A stretch of DNA of 63,335 nucleotides, counting the filler. It is 6 parts of 6 records of this genome, joined end to end, with 100 filler letters (N's around TTAATTAATTAA, not from the genome) between each part and the next. Parts side by side here need not be neighbours in the genome. Positions count along the whole stretch, not along the records: positions 32,168 to 42,021 come from DRR378314_2147; positions 42,122 to 51,091 come from DRR378314_2154; 4 more parts are not named here. The stretch is one strand, 5' to 3'. Shown here in pieces: positions 36,060 to 46,814 of this stretch. The translations under genes were made by a program, and so were the position numbers. Each line of letters begins with the position of its first letter. Positions within the stretch are counted from its first letter, which is position 1. The notes under the pieces were generated by a model, which was given only the letters and a program-made list of their open reading frames with translations, made no database searches and was not told the origin of the DNA.

Positions 36060-36878
36060 ATGCGTGCACTATCCCAAGTTAAACCGGCATTACTATTTCT
36101 TTTGCTGGTCTGTGGTTCAGCCAACGCAAGCCCACTGGTGGATTCGGTTCTTAGAGAGTCGCCAGTGGATGAGGTGGTTGCCCAGTACCCGGCGATGATG
36201 AGCCAGGGTATACGCCAGGGCCTGACGCGGAGTGGTCGGGTTGAACCCTTTGTCGCCAACACCATCAGCAGCGTCGTCAGTAATTCCTTCAGTGTCGCTG
36301 AGATTCGCGCCCAACTGGTGGAGGACCTGGAACAAGGACTCAGCGAAGCGCAGTTGAACTCGGTGCTTGACTGGTATGAAACGCCGCTGGCGGAGAGAAT
36401 ATCCATGGCAGAGGTGGCCGCATCGAGCCCCGAGGCGTGGAAGCAGGTGGAAGCAAGCGCGGCGGAACTTCAGAAGGAATACAAGGGCTCCGAACGAGCC
36501 AGGCTGTTCACCCGCTTCGACCAGGCCGCCCGTGCAACGGAGAGTGCTGTGGACACCACGGTCGCTGTCCAGTTGGGTTTGGCGTCTGCCCTGGCCGCTT
36601 TCAATGGTAGCAAGGGGCCGACTTTCGAACAGCTTCAGCAGAAGATCGAAGACCAGCGTGGCATGTTGCGAGGTATGGTCGCCCAGCAGGTTTATGATGG
36701 CTATCTCTACACCTATCAAGGTATCAGTCCCAGCGAGCTGAAAGACTATATCGGGTTTCTCGAGAGTGATGCCGGCTCGGCGTTTACCCGTGTGGTCACC
36801 AACAGCGTTCAGCGCTCGATCACCGAGCCGGTGGAATCCATAGGACAACAGCTGGGGCGGTTTTTTGATCCTCGCTGA
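36060..36878 (+). CDS. Exported hypothetical protein (DUF2059-like)
   Basis: Signal peptide ending ANA; two repeats of LSEAQLNSVLDWYETPL / ISPSELKDYIGFLESDAG. Confidence 0.7.
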   Translation: MRALSQVKPALLFLLLVCGSANASPLVDSVLRESPVDEVVAQYPAMMSQGIRQGLTRSGRVEPFVANTISSVVSNSFSVAEIRAQLVEDLEQGLSEAQLNSVLDWYETPLAERISMAEVAASSPEAWKQVEASAAELQKEYKGSERARLFTRFDQAARATESAVDTTVAVQLGLASALAAFNGSKGPTFEQLQQKIEDQRGMLRGMVAQQVYDGYLYTYQGISPSELKDYIGFLESDAGSAFTRVVTNSVQRSITEPVESIGQQLGRFFDPR

Positions 36879-36949
36879 CGCCAAAGATTGAAAAGCACCG
36901 GATTTGGGTCCAGTCTCCAGTAGTAACTTCCCTGTGCGGAGACGGCCCA

Positions 36950-38131
36950 ATGGATTTCAATGCCTACCAGCAAACCCTGGCCCGTGAGCTCAAGGGCCGG
37001 GAATGCCCTTTCCCCGAAGCTGAATTCGACCAGCGGCTTGAGCAACTTCGTTCGAAGATGGCGGCAGAGGGCCTCGGGGCGCTACTGCTAACCGATCCGT
37101 CGGACCTGTTCTATCTGACCGGGTACAGTACCTTTGAGGTATCTGTCCATGTTGCTCTCGTGGTCACGGCCGATACGCTCACCCTCCAGGTACCGTCCAT
37201 TGAAACCGGCCCTGCGCTGATCACTACGAGGGTTGATCATGTCGTTGGCTATCGTTGGGAAGGTATCGGTGATGTGCTGGATCCTCTTGCGCAGGCTTTG
37301 AGTGGGCATGGGGCGAGCGTCGGGATTGATTACTGGCACGGTTCGCTTCGCCAGGGGGTTCTGGAAGGCCTTAAACAACGGCTCCCGGACACGCGGTTTG
37401 TAGATGCGTCCAGGTTGGTGAAGAACATCCGCGTTGTAAAATCACCAGCGGAAATTGATTGTCTGCGGCAAAGCGCCCGTATTACGGGCCTGGGCATCGA
37501 ATCTGCCGCAGCGGCTATCCGCCCCGGCATGACCGACAACGATATCGCCGCCATTGGTGCCGAAAGCCTGTTGGCGGGTGGCAGTGAATTCATGAGTATG
37601 CAACCTATCGTGACGGTGGGGCAGCGCAGCAGCGTGATCCATACCAACCATAAACGCTGCAGGATCGAGGAAGGGGACACCGTGTTCCTTGAGTTTGGTG
37701 CTGTATGGCAGCGTTACACCGCGCCGATGATGCGTACCCTGGTGGCGGGTCAGCCCTCGGCACGAATGCGTTCTGTGTTCGATGGCTGCCGCCGTGTGGT
37801 GGACGCCCTGCAGGTGGCCATGGTGCCGGGCAGAACCTTTGATTCCGCCGCTCGGGCCGCGGAGCAGGCCATGGCGTCGCTGGCCGATGAGGTGTTTTTC
37901 TCTGGCGTGTTTGGCTACACCGTGGGGGCGCAGTTTCCTCCCTCCTGGGTGGAAGGTTCCGGTTTTATCGCCCGGGGGGAGGCGGCGGTGTTTCAGCCCG
38001 GGATGGTGTTCCACTTGCCCATCTGCCTGAGGATTCCCGGGCAATGGGGTATTGGCTGCAGCGATACGGTGCTGGTGGGTGAGCACGGGGCGGAGCCGTT
38101 AACGGCCAACCCCTGGCGGCTGGACGGATGA
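36950..38131 (+). CDS. M24/creatinase-fold hydrolase
   Basis: EFDQRL...DLFYLTGY creatinase N-domain; RVVKSPAEI; PGMVFH; SDTVLV. Confidence 0.85.
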   Translation: MDFNAYQQTLARELKGRECPFPEAEFDQRLEQLRSKMAAEGLGALLLTDPSDLFYLTGYSTFEVSVHVALVVTADTLTLQVPSIETGPALITTRVDHVVGYRWEGIGDVLDPLAQALSGHGASVGIDYWHGSLRQGVLEGLKQRLPDTRFVDASRLVKNIRVVKSPAEIDCLRQSARITGLGIESAAAAIRPGMTDNDIAAIGAESLLAGGSEFMSMQPIVTVGQRSSVIHTNHKRCRIEEGDTVFLEFGAVWQRYTAPMMRTLVAGQPSARMRSVFDGCRRVVDALQVAMVPGRTFDSAARAAEQAMASLADEVFFSGVFGYTVGAQFPPSWVEGSGFIARGEAAVFQPGMVFHLPICLRIPGQWGIGCSDTVLVGEHGAEPLTANPWRLDG

Positions 38132-38140
38132 TTGCCCCGG

Positions 38141-38923
38141 TCAGTCGCTCACTGCATTCAGCGACGCCTGGGGCTTGGCTTCGAAATAGGTGTCGTAACG
38201 GCCATTTTCACGGAACGCCTGGAGGCGCCTGTTAAAGGCTTTCCGGAGGGTGTCGGTTTGCGGTTGGTCGGCCGGGAACAGCAGGAAGCTCTGGTTTTCC
38301 AGGATAGGCTCCGGGTGGTGGGTAATCTGGCTGGTTTCTTCTGGGCCTGTTTCCCGGCGGAGGATGTAGTAGCCAACGTTAATTTCTTCCGGAAAGGCGT
38401 CAATTCGGCCAAACAGTAGCCGGCGAAAATTCAGCTCCGTGGATGCGACCCATTCGACATCCAGGACGCCGCTCTTCACCGCCCTGTCGAACTCAGGTCC
38501 GTAACTGTACCCGATGCTACCTCCGAGCTGGAGTCCTGCAAGGTCCCGCATCTGGCTCCATTCAATGGGGGTGTCCTTGCGGTAGAACAGCACGAAACGC
38601 TCGTTCATCACGGGTTCACTGTAGACGAAGTCTTTCTGTCGTTCGGCAGCGAACATCCAGATCGCGGTAGCGTCATGTTTGCCCGTCGCCGCTTCCCGAT
38701 AGGCGCGCTTCCAAGGTAGGAAGTGGAACTTAACCTCGTAGCCTTCGGCCGCAAAAATATCCCTGACCAGCCTTGCAACCGCGCCCTGACCGGGCTCACT
38801 TTCCACGAAAAAGGGAGGCCAGTCACCAACACTGATGCTCAGTTGTCGCTCACCATCATCCGCTAATGCAAGAGCCGACCACAATACAACCAGCGCAACG
38901 ACGTGCGCCTTCAATAACTTCAT
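38141..38923 (-). CDS. Family-3-type periplasmic substrate-binding protein (orphan)
   Basis: Signal peptide; DWPPF; LPWKRA; GYSYG; LLFGRIDA. Confidence 0.85.
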   Translation of the reverse strand: MKLLKAHVVALVVLWSALALADDGERQLSISVGDWPPFFVESEPGQGAVARLVRDIFAAEGYEVKFHFLPWKRAYREAATGKHDATAIWMFAAERQKDFVYSEPVMNERFVLFYRKDTPIEWSQMRDLAGLQLGGSIGYSYGPEFDRAVKSGVLDVEWVASTELNFRRLLFGRIDAFPEEINVGYYILRRETGPEETSQITHHPEPILENQSFLLFPADQPQTDTLRKAFNRRLQAFRENGRYDTYFEAKPQASLNAVSD

Positions 38924-39014
38924 GCAACAGCCCACACAAAAGGATTCTGCACAAATGGACAAGGGGGTGTCATACGGACGTCTCTTTTGAGAATAGACTA
39001 AAGACGGTAATCCG

Positions 39015-39971
39015 TCACTCCAGCCTTATATCACGCAGGTAGAGCGTTTTGGGTTCCGGCAGCCCAACGGTAAAGAGAATCAGGCGCCTGACAGACTTCA
39101 TATTCATCGACCGACCTTTGGGTGCCGTCCTGATGGCCTTCAGGTCCAGCTCGAACCGATTCGCGCCGGGTGCCAGGGTCAGGCGGGTATTGAAACGGTC
39201 ATGGTAGTCATTGTCGCCCACATCGTGCTCCATATCGTTGATTCGCAGCGTCATGTGCAATGAATGATCCTGCGGGTTGTACAAGTCGATGACGAAGCGG
39301 TCGTAGCGGCGCCAGTCACCTGGGAAGTTGTGCAGGGCAACGCCGGAATAGCGTGCCGTAGACAGGGATATCCTGAGCTCGCCTTTGTGGGTATCCGCGG
39401 TGTCGTCCCGCACGGGTGTGATCACACCGTCCCAGAAGGGTGAAGGGTCTGAGTGACCAAAGTCATAGAGTGCCGGCAATAAGTGACTGACGTGATATTG
39501 CTGGACCGCGACCCTGGCCGTGGCGCCAACCTGGGTAACCAGAAGTAGCGCCACAAGGAGGCGCAGTGACCAGACTATCAGTCTTGATTCACCGGTATGG
39601 GAGGCCATTGGGCGCGCGGCCAGTATGGTCCATACCCCAACCTGATTACGAAGGAGGTCCTGCCAGTCGACCTGGCGGTTGGTCCCGTACTGGAGCAGTT
39701 CGATGCCAGTGCCAAGCAACAGGACGGCCAGGGTGCAGATACCCCAGAGGTGCCAGCCGGTCCAGAGCCTCCACGGCTGGACTGTCAGGGTCAGCAGGGC
39801 AAAAAACAGAATATGCCCAAGATTCCAGGCTGACTTGAACAACGGCCCGTCGGACCAGCCGGGCCCCCCCATAAAAAACAGGGGCGCGATCGCTACCGCG
39901 CCCACAAAGGCCAGATACCGGAGTATCCGGGCCCTGCGAGCGGGCAGATCTCCAGGAAGAATGAAGGGCAT
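39015..39971 (-). CDS. VanZ-like membrane protein with C-terminal soluble domain
   Basis: NLGHILFF; GIELLQ...R...DWQDLLRN; several TM segments. Confidence 0.7.
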   Translation of the reverse strand: MPFILPGDLPARRARILRYLAFVGAVAIAPLFFMGGPGWSDGPLFKSAWNLGHILFFALLTLTVQPWRLWTGWHLWGICTLAVLLLGTGIELLQYGTNRQVDWQDLLRNQVGVWTILAARPMASHTGESRLIVWSLRLLVALLLVTQVGATARVAVQQYHVSHLLPALYDFGHSDPSPFWDGVITPVRDDTADTHKGELRISLSTARYSGVALHNFPGDWRRYDRFVIDLYNPQDHSLHMTLRINDMEHDVGDNDYHDRFNTRLTLAPGANRFELDLKAIRTAPKGRSMNMKSVRRLILFTVGLPEPKTLYLRDIRLE

Positions 39972-40249
39972 TAGCTCCGGCTGGTCACTTCCAGCAGGTG
40001 ATAGCCAAACTGGGTTTTCACCGGGCCGAGAACTTTGTTCACTTCACCACTGAACACTACCTTGTCGAACTCCGGAACCATCTGGCCGGGGCCGAAAGAG
40101 CCCAAGTCGCCGCCGTTGCGGCCAGACGGGCAGGAAGAGTGCTGCTTGGCCACGTCTGCGAAGTCCTGGCCCCCTTCAATGGCTTTCTTGAGCTCTTCAC
40201 ATTTTGCTTCGCTGTCGACGAGGATGTGACGTGCGGTTGCCTGAGTCAT
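39971..40249 (-). CDS. ppiC: Parvulin peptidyl-prolyl isomerase
   Basis: ARHILV; HSSCPSG-GGDLG; MVPEFD; VKTQFGYH. Confidence 0.95.
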   Translation of the reverse strand: MTQATARHILVDSEAKCEELKKAIEGGQDFADVAKQHSSCPSGRNGGDLGSFGPGQMVPEFDKVVFSGEVNKVLGPVKTQFGYHLLEVTSRS

Positions 40250-40447
40250 GGTGCTGATTTCCTTTATTGGGAATGATGGGTCGTGTGTTGCTGTTACCGA
40301 GGATGAAATGCTGCCCGCCTCGGGCCGCTGAGGCAAGCGCTTTTTATCCGTGTTTTTCCTGCCTCACGGTTTTGGTCACAAACCTGTACAATGCCGGCTT
40401 TTCCTTCACCGGCCTGTGCCCGGTATCCACTATCAGTAGGTCTATTC

Positions 40448-42021
40448 TTGATATCCACCGCGAACATTACCATGCAGTTCGGGGCCAAACCCCTGTTCGA
40501 AAACGTGTCCGTCAAATTTGGCAATGGCAATCGCTATGGCCTGATAGGCGCGAACGGCTGTGGCAAGTCCACGTTCATGAAAATTCTTGGGGGGGACCTG
40601 GAACCCTCGGCCGGTCAGGTTATGGTGGACCAGAACCAGCGGCTGGGTAAACTGCGCCAGGACCAGTTTGCCTATGAAAACTGCACGGTGATCGATACCG
40701 TCATCATGGGGCATGAGGAGCTCTGGCGGGTTAAGGCAGAGCGCGACCGTATCTATTCGCTGGCGGAAATGAGCGAGGAAGACGGCATGGCCGTGGCGGA
40801 TCTGGAAGTCCAGTTCGCCGAGATGGATGGTTATACCGCCGAAGCCCGTGCCGGTGAGCTGCTGCTGGGCCTGGATATTCCCCTGGACCAGCACGATGGC
40901 CCTATGAGCGCCGTGGCGCCCGGTTGGAAGCTGCGGGTGTTGCTCGCTCAGGCGTTGTTCTCGGACCCCGACATCCTGCTGTTGGACGAGCCAACGAACC
41001 ATCTGGATATCAACACCATCCGCTGGCTGGAAAATATCCTGGTCGCCCGTAACAGCACCATGATCATCATTTCCCACGATCGCCACTTCCTGAACAGCGT
41101 GTGTACCCACATGGCGGATCTGGATTATGGCGAGTTGCGCCTGTTCCCCGGCAATTACGACGAGTACATGACGGCGGCCACCCAAGCCCGTGAGCGCATG
41201 CTGTCGGACAACGCCAAGAAGAAGGCCCAGATCGCCGAGTTGCAGCAGTTCGTCAGCCGGTTTTCGGCTAACGCGTCCAAGGCCAAACAGGCAACGTCTC
41301 GCGCCCGCCAGATCGACAAGATCCAGCTTGAGGAGGTCAAGCCCTCCAGCCGCGTCAGCCCGTTTATTCGCTTTGAGCAGACCAAAAAACTGCATCGCCA
41401 GGCGGTAACGTTGAAAGAGTTCAGCAAGGGCTTCGATGGCAAGTCCCTGTTCGACAAAATGAATCTGCAGATCGAAGCCGGCGAGCGGGTGGCCATCATT
41501 GGCCCCAACGGCATTGGCAAAACCACACTGATGCAGTGCCTGGCTGGCGCCATGGTGCCTGACAAGGGCGATGTGAAGTGGACCGACAGTGCGCAGGTTG
41601 GTTACTACGCCCAGGACCACAGTGCCGACTTTGATGACGACATGGACCTGACGGAGTGGATGTCGCAATGGACCACCGGCGGCGAACAACTGGTGCGGGG
41701 AACTCTGGGCCGTATGCTGTTTTCCGGGGACGATATTGGCAAGTCGGTGAAGGTGATTTCCGGTGGTGAACAGGGCCGTATGTTATTCGGTAAGCTGATT
41801 CTGGAAAAACCCAACGTACTGCTGATGGATGAGCCCACCAACCACCTGGACATGGAATCCATTGAGGCCCTGAACCTAGCGCTGGAGAACTACCCGGGCA
41901 CGCTGATCTTTGTCAGCCATGACCGGGAGTTCGTGTCGTCGCTCGCTACCCGTGTTATTGAATTGAGGGCGGACGGTATCACCGACTTCAGCGGCAGCTA
42001 CGAGGACTACCTGCGCAGCCA
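40448..42021 (+). CDS. ybiT: ABC-F family ATPase (3'-truncated by a few codons)
   Basis: [26 protein letters not shown]; second [18 protein letters not shown]; no TM segments. Confidence 0.9.
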
Positions 42022-42121
42022 NNNNNNNNNNNNNNNNNNNNNNNNNNNNNNNNNNNNNNNNNNNNTTAATTAATTAANNNNNNNNNNNNNNNNNNNNNNN
42101 NNNNNNNNNNNNNNNNNNNNN
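42022..42121. other. Artificial contig linker
   Basis: N44-TTAATTAATTAA-N44. Confidence 0.98.
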
Positions 42122-42312
42122 TCCCCCAGCAGCACTTGCCCGGAGCGCGGCGCGTTCAGCCCTGCCAAAGTGTGCAGCAGCGTCGTTTTACCTGCTCCGT
42201 TGGGGCCGAGCACGCCCCATACCTGCCCGGGTTCGATGGCAATATTTAGCGCCGTGCCATCGCGCCTTTCTGGCACGTTGATGATCAGGTCTTGGGTAAC
42301 CAAATGGCTCAT
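42122..42312 (-). CDS. btuD: Cobalamin ABC transporter ATPase (3'-truncated)
   Basis: GPNGAGKTT Walker A; follows the permease. Confidence 0.75.
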
Positions 42313-43307
42313 CAGCGGCTCCGGTAAAGCAGAAAGAGGAACGTCGGCACACCTAATAGCGCAGTAATCACCCCCACTGGCAGTTGTTCCGGAGCAATCA
42401 TCGTGCGCGCCAGTGTATCGGCCAGCACCAGTAAGGTGCCCCCAGCCAGAGCACAGGCCGGTAAGATTAACCGCTGATCATTACCCAGCAATAGACGCAG
42501 CATATGTGGCACTACCAAGCCGACAAAGCCGATGCTGCCCGCCGTAGTAACAGCCGCGGCGGTTAACAAACTGGCGACAATATAGATGCACCACTCAAGT
42601 GGCCGGACGGCAACGCCCAGCGCAGCAGCTTGCTGCGGGCCACGGGCCAGCACATTTAAGCTGCGTCCAAGGGGCATCAGTACCACGCAGGTAGCCAGTA
42701 ACAACAGCAGCGGCGGCCAAGGAGCACGCGCGTAAGAAAGATCGCCCATTAGCCAATACAGCATGCCCGGTAACCGTTCAGCAGGGCTCAATGCCAACAT
42801 CAAGGTGATCACCGCGCCCCAACCTGCCGCAACCACTACGCCGGTTAGCAGTAACCGCGAAGGTGTCCAACTACCGCTGCCGTGGGCCAAACCAAAGACT
42901 AAGAACGTCGAAAATAGCGCCCCGCCAAATGCCGAACCTGAAATTGCCAATCCACCAAGACCACCTAGCATGGCAGCAAGTGCACCAATCGAGGCACCGC
43001 CGGAAAGCCCGAGTACATATGGGTCTGCAAGAGGATTACGCAGCAGCACTTGCATCAGAGCACCCGCTACCGCCAACAATCCACCAACAGCAAAAGCCGA
43101 GAGCGCCCTTGGCAAGCGCAGCTCCAGCACCATAGTACGCGCCAGCGCATTGCCCTCGTCCTGGCCGATATAACCAAGATGACCGAGAACCACTTGCCAA
43201 ACTTGCCCAGGGGAAAGCTGCGCACTACCAATACCAAGGGCGATAATCAGAGAAGCCAGTGCCGCCAGCAGCAACAGACCTAGTGGGAAGCCCAATCGTG
43301 CTAACAT
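42312..43307 (-). CDS. btuC: FecCD/BtuC-family permease
   Basis: LRLPR; RNPLADPYVLG; GSIGFVGLVVPH; LPVG; B12-riboswitch operon context. Confidence 0.85.
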   Translation of the reverse strand: MLARLGFPLGLLLLAALASLIIALGIGSAQLSPGQVWQVVLGHLGYIGQDEGNALARTMVLELRLPRALSAFAVGGLLAVAGALMQVLLRNPLADPYVLGLSGGASIGALAAMLGGLGGLAISGSAFGGALFSTFLVFGLAHGSGSWTPSRLLLTGVVVAAGWGAVITLMLALSPAERLPGMLYWLMGDLSYARAPWPPLLLLLATCVVLMPLGRSLNVLARGPQQAAALGVAVRPLEWCIYIVASLLTAAAVTTAGSIGFVGLVVPHMLRLLLGNDQRLILPACALAGGTLLVLADTLARTMIAPEQLPVGVITALLGVPTFLFLLYRSR

Positions 43308-44273
43308 TTAATCTCGCTCGCGTCTTTGTCGGGCAATATCAAGCTTCTCGCAGAGAATTTGGCTGCCTTCCATCAAGCGTGGAGTAGGCCGCTGAATTAA
43401 AGAAGGCGGTACAAAAAAGAGATTATCATCGGCAACCGCCGTTACGTTTGAGTACTGCTCCCAGTGGGTCAACCAATGGCGATTCTCTTCCCCCATCCCT
43501 CCGGCAACAATCGCTTCAGGGTTTGCCGCCAGGACAGCCTCATCATCGATACGTGGCACTAGCCGCGCCTGCTCACCAAACACATTTACACCGCCACAGA
43601 TTTCGATCACCTGGCCGATAAGATGTGCGTCATTAACACTCATTAACGGCTCGTCCCACACCTGATAGAAGGTACGCACCGGCTCCCGATCACGATATTG
43701 AGCGGCCAGCTCTGCCATCCTCAACCGGAAATTATCAGCGACCGCCTGACCGTCGCTTTCAGTGCCAGCCAGCCTCGCCAAACGCTCAATTGCGCTGGCC
43801 ACGCCCTCAAAATTCCTAGGCTCAATATAGAACACCGGCATACCCAACGCTTCAAGGGTTTCCAACTGTTCAGCGGGATTCCCAGTTACCCAGCCGATCA
43901 CTAGGTCTGGCGCTAACCCGACCAAAGCTTCTAAATCAATGCGCGTATGGCTGCCAACAGACACAACCTCTTTGGCCTCTGGTGGATAATCGCTGTAACT
44001 AACCACCGCCACCACCTGATCACCAGCGCCCGCAGCGTAGGTCAGCTCTGTCGCCCCTGGCGAGAGCGTGGCAATACGTTGAGCCGGCGTGTATAGACAC
44101 ACTTCACGCTCACGATCATCCACCGCGCAGCGGCTATGGTCATCTGCCAATACGGCGTTTGCAACCACACCACTGAGCATCGATAAGCTTAGTATCAATC
44201 GACTTAACAACAGTGCGGGGCCAGTGGCCCCGCGATGTTTAAACAATGTCTGATTCGCTGTTTTATTGGCCAT
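43308..44273 (-). CDS. btuF: Cobalamin-binding periplasmic protein
   Basis: RIATLSPGATE; YSDYPPEA; IQRPTPR. Confidence 0.88.
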   Translation of the reverse strand: MANKTANQTLFKHRGATGPALLLSRLILSLSMLSGVVANAVLADDHSRCAVDDREREVCLYTPAQRIATLSPGATELTYAAGAGDQVVAVVSYSDYPPEAKEVVSVGSHTRIDLEALVGLAPDLVIGWVTGNPAEQLETLEALGMPVFYIEPRNFEGVASAIERLARLAGTESDGQAVADNFRLRMAELAAQYRDREPVRTFYQVWDEPLMSVNDAHLIGQVIEICGGVNVFGEQARLVPRIDDEAVLAANPEAIVAGGMGEENRHWLTHWEQYSNVTAVADDNLFFVPPSLIQRPTPRLMEGSQILCEKLDIARQRRERD

Positions 44274-46083
44274 AGTGAACGCTTAAGAATCCTGCACGGC
44301 CTGCGTTAAGATAGTCACGGGAGGTTGAATACTCTTTATCAAAGGCGTTTTCTAGCGTAACACGAGCGCTCCACAGCGGTGCAAACTGCCAGCCCGCGCG
44401 TAGGTTAACCAGCCCATAGCCTCCTAAACGCTGGGTATTGGCAGCGTTATCATAGCGGTGATTTTGGGCGATTAACGATCCCCCAACAGACCAATCGCCA
44501 AGCTCACGATCTGCATCCAGACGCATACTGTGGGTGGCCCGGCGCTCTAACCGGTTGCCGGTATCCCGATTTTCGGGGTCCAGATAGGTAAAGGCAGCTT
44601 GCAGGGTCCAGTCACTTATTTCCATACCGCTAGAAAGCTCTACGCCACGGATCCGTGCGCTGTTAACGTTTTGCGGTGTCCATAAACCACTCGACGTCGG
44701 CGCCCAGGCAATCAGATCATCGTAGTCGTTTTGGAAGGCAGCCACGTCCCAGAACCACTGGCTGTATTGACCGCGTACGCCCACCTCAATGGTTTCAGAG
44801 TTTTCTGGGTTAAGGTCAGGATTACCAGAGTCTGGCCAATAGAGGTCATTAAAGCTCGGCGCTTTAAAAGCGGTGCCCACACTGGCACGCAGCGTGTGGT
44901 TATTATCCAGATCGTAACCCAACGCGAAGCTGCCAGTGATTTCATCTCCATAGGCTTCGTTGTCGTCATAACGCAGGCTTGCTTGAATAGCGAACGGCGA
45001 AAAATCCAGCAGCCCTTGGGTAAACACCGCATGGTTATCGCGACGGGTCTCAGCGAAATCGTTGGTACTGGAAACGCGGTCTTCGCTAATTTCTGCTCCA
45101 GCTATTAGCTCGTGAGTGCCAAACTGGAAGTTATTCTGCCAACGGGCGGTTTGAGTGCGGGTATCAATGACCGAGTCGCCGAAATTGTCCAGCGTATCCA
45201 GCTCATCGCGGGCTTCGCTGAGGGTCAGGCGACTCTGCCATGTATCGGTTATCGGCAGTTCACCATAGATGCCTGCCACCTGCTGGACGAAGTCATTCTC
45301 GCCGCCGTCATATTCGTTGTTACCGCGAGCACGCAGTGCCAGCACACCAACTTCAGCGCTACTCTCAAAGGTATGCGCAATGCGAGCTAGCGCTGAGGTA
45401 TTGTCGTAGCCTTTGTCTTCCCCACCACGCCGTACCGGCTGGCCACCGGTATTGAAATGGCTAGCGGCAAAACTATAGCGCGTGCCTCCCTCGCGGCCAG
45501 AAACACCTGCACTGAGTCGCTGGGTATTAAATGAACCGCCGCCGACTGAAACTCTTGGTTGCGGGCCTGCTTTATCACCATCAGGTGTAAACAGTTGAAT
45601 CACCCCACCCACTGCATCTGCACCGTAAAGGCTGCCACGCGGGCCACGCACAATTTCCGCACGGTCAAACATACGCGGGTCTAAATACTGAAAAGCTCCA
45701 CCGCCCGCCGTGGCGGAGCGCAGGCGAATCCCCTCAATCATGAGTATGGAGGCATCGCTAGGCACACCACGCAGATAAACGCTACTACTCTTGCCAAAAC
45801 TACCGTTGCTAGTCACATCAACGCCTGGCTGGCCACGTAAAAGATCGGTCAGGCTGATAGGGTCTTGACGGCGAAACGTGTCTTCATCAAGCACACTAAC
45901 GGAAGAGAGGCTTTCGTTGGCGGTACGGGGCGCTAACGCAGCAGTGACAACAACAGGATCAAGCGCCGCTAATTCGGTCGTCGCCTCGATGTATTGGGCG
46001 TGGACTGAAAAGGAGATGGCTAGCGGCAATGCGGCCATCGCAAACGCCGCCAGCGTGGCGGTGGAATGAAAACGGTAAGACAT
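44263..46083 (-). CDS. btuB: TonB-dependent cobalamin receptor
   Basis: TonB box DPVVVTA; EIVRGPRGSLYGADAVGGVI; FKAPSFNDLY; NPDLNPE; downstream of the B12 riboswitch. Confidence 0.9.
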   Translation of the reverse strand: MSYRFHSTATLAAFAMAALPLAISFSVHAQYIEATTELAALDPVVVTAALAPRTANESLSSVSVLDEDTFRRQDPISLTDLLRGQPGVDVTSNGSFGKSSSVYLRGVPSDASILMIEGIRLRSATAGGGAFQYLDPRMFDRAEIVRGPRGSLYGADAVGGVIQLFTPDGDKAGPQPRVSVGGGSFNTQRLSAGVSGREGGTRYSFAASHFNTGGQPVRRGGEDKGYDNTSALARIAHTFESSAEVGVLALRARGNNEYDGGENDFVQQVAGIYGELPITDTWQSRLTLSEARDELDTLDNFGDSVIDTRTQTARWQNNFQFGTHELIAGAEISEDRVSSTNDFAETRRDNHAVFTQGLLDFSPFAIQASLRYDDNEAYGDEITGSFALGYDLDNNHTLRASVGTAFKAPSFNDLYWPDSGNPDLNPENSETIEVGVRGQYSQWFWDVAAFQNDYDDLIAWAPTSSGLWTPQNVNSARIRGVELSSGMEISDWTLQAAFTYLDPENRDTGNRLERRATHSMRLDADRELGDWSVGGSLIAQNHRYDNAANTQRLGGYGLVNLRAGWQFAPLWSARVTLENAFDKEYSTSRDYLNAGRAGFLSVHYGQ

Positions 46084-46232
46084 GAGGAGATCCCTTGCTC
46101 ACTGTGCTCACCCGCACAGCGTATTTTTTTGACCGAGCAGAGGGATGATGGGGGATCAGCAGCCTAAGCTAGCGATATCACCCTGAGCACGCCCTCCGCG
46201 TCTCGGCATGTTGTGGTCCTGTAGAACCATGC

Positions 46233-46438
46233 CTCTTAGGCCGGTCTCCGGGCTGACGAGCGAAAAGCGGATAACAGCATCATGCCTTTCCGAACGACCA
46301 CCTTCCCATGCGTTAGCACAGTGGCATCTTTAGCCGTTCTTATCTCGATCACCGTTGCGGGGGCAGCGTTGGATTCACGTAAGTGTTCACCAACTTCCCG
46401 TTTAACTGATGGCGATAATGGCCACCAGCACCTGAGAG
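46233..46438 (-). ncRNA. Cobalamin riboswitch
   Basis: Minus strand: AGGTG...TTAAACGGGAAGTTGGTG...AATCCAACGCTGCCCCCGCAACGGTGA...GCCACTG...TGGGAAGG...AGCCCGGAGACCGGCCT (B12 box). Confidence 0.95.
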
Positions 46439-46445
46439 TGCGCGT

Positions 46446-46474
46446 AAACTAGCAACTTGTTAGGGGCTGGTCAA
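46446..46474 (-). promoter_or_regulatory. Putative sigma70 promoter of the btuB operon
   Basis: TTGACC-N17-TAGTTT just upstream of the riboswitch. Confidence 0.7.
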
Positions 46475-46491
46475 TTTAGCTATTGCAGAAT

Positions 46492-46511
46492 ATGTAGTTT
46501 ATAAACTACAT
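46492..46511. promoter_or_regulatory. Perfect 20-bp palindrome, putative antitoxin operator
   Basis: ATGTAGTTTATAAACTACAT overlapping TTGCAG-N18-TACATT upstream of the toxin gene. Confidence 0.75.
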
Positions 46512-46518
46512 TAATAAG

Positions 46519-46812
46519 ATGGCTGACATAAAGCAGACAGACACTTTCCGGAAGTGGGAAAGCAAGCTCAAAGACACTCGGGCTAAAGCCACTATTGCTG
46601 CGCGCATTTTTCGCTTGGCAAATGGCCTGTCTGGTGATGTTCAGCCAGTCGGGCAAGGAGTCAGTGAACTGCGCATTCATTATGGGCCTGGCTATCGGGT
46701 CTACTTTTGTCAGCGCGGTGATGAATTTATTTTACTGCTATGTGGTGGTAATAAGAGTACTCAGCAGAAAGATATAGATACGGCTCATCGCCTTGCTAAG
46801 GCGTGGAGGTAA
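46519..46812 (+). CDS. Type II toxin, RelE/ParE superfamily ('addiction module killer', HigB-like)
   Basis: RLANG-GD-PVG-GVSELRIHYGPGYRVYF...LLLCGGNKSTQQKDI. Confidence 0.9.
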   Translation: MADIKQTDTFRKWESKLKDTRAKATIAARIFRLANGLSGDVQPVGQGVSELRIHYGPGYRVYFCQRGDEFILLLCGGNKSTQQKDIDTAHRLAKAWR

Positions 46813-46814
46813 AT

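Noticed and set aside
40442-41689. 415-aa minus-strand ORF (also 32818-33645 and 36117-36950)
   Set aside because: Antisense shadows of well-supported genes in high-GC codon context.
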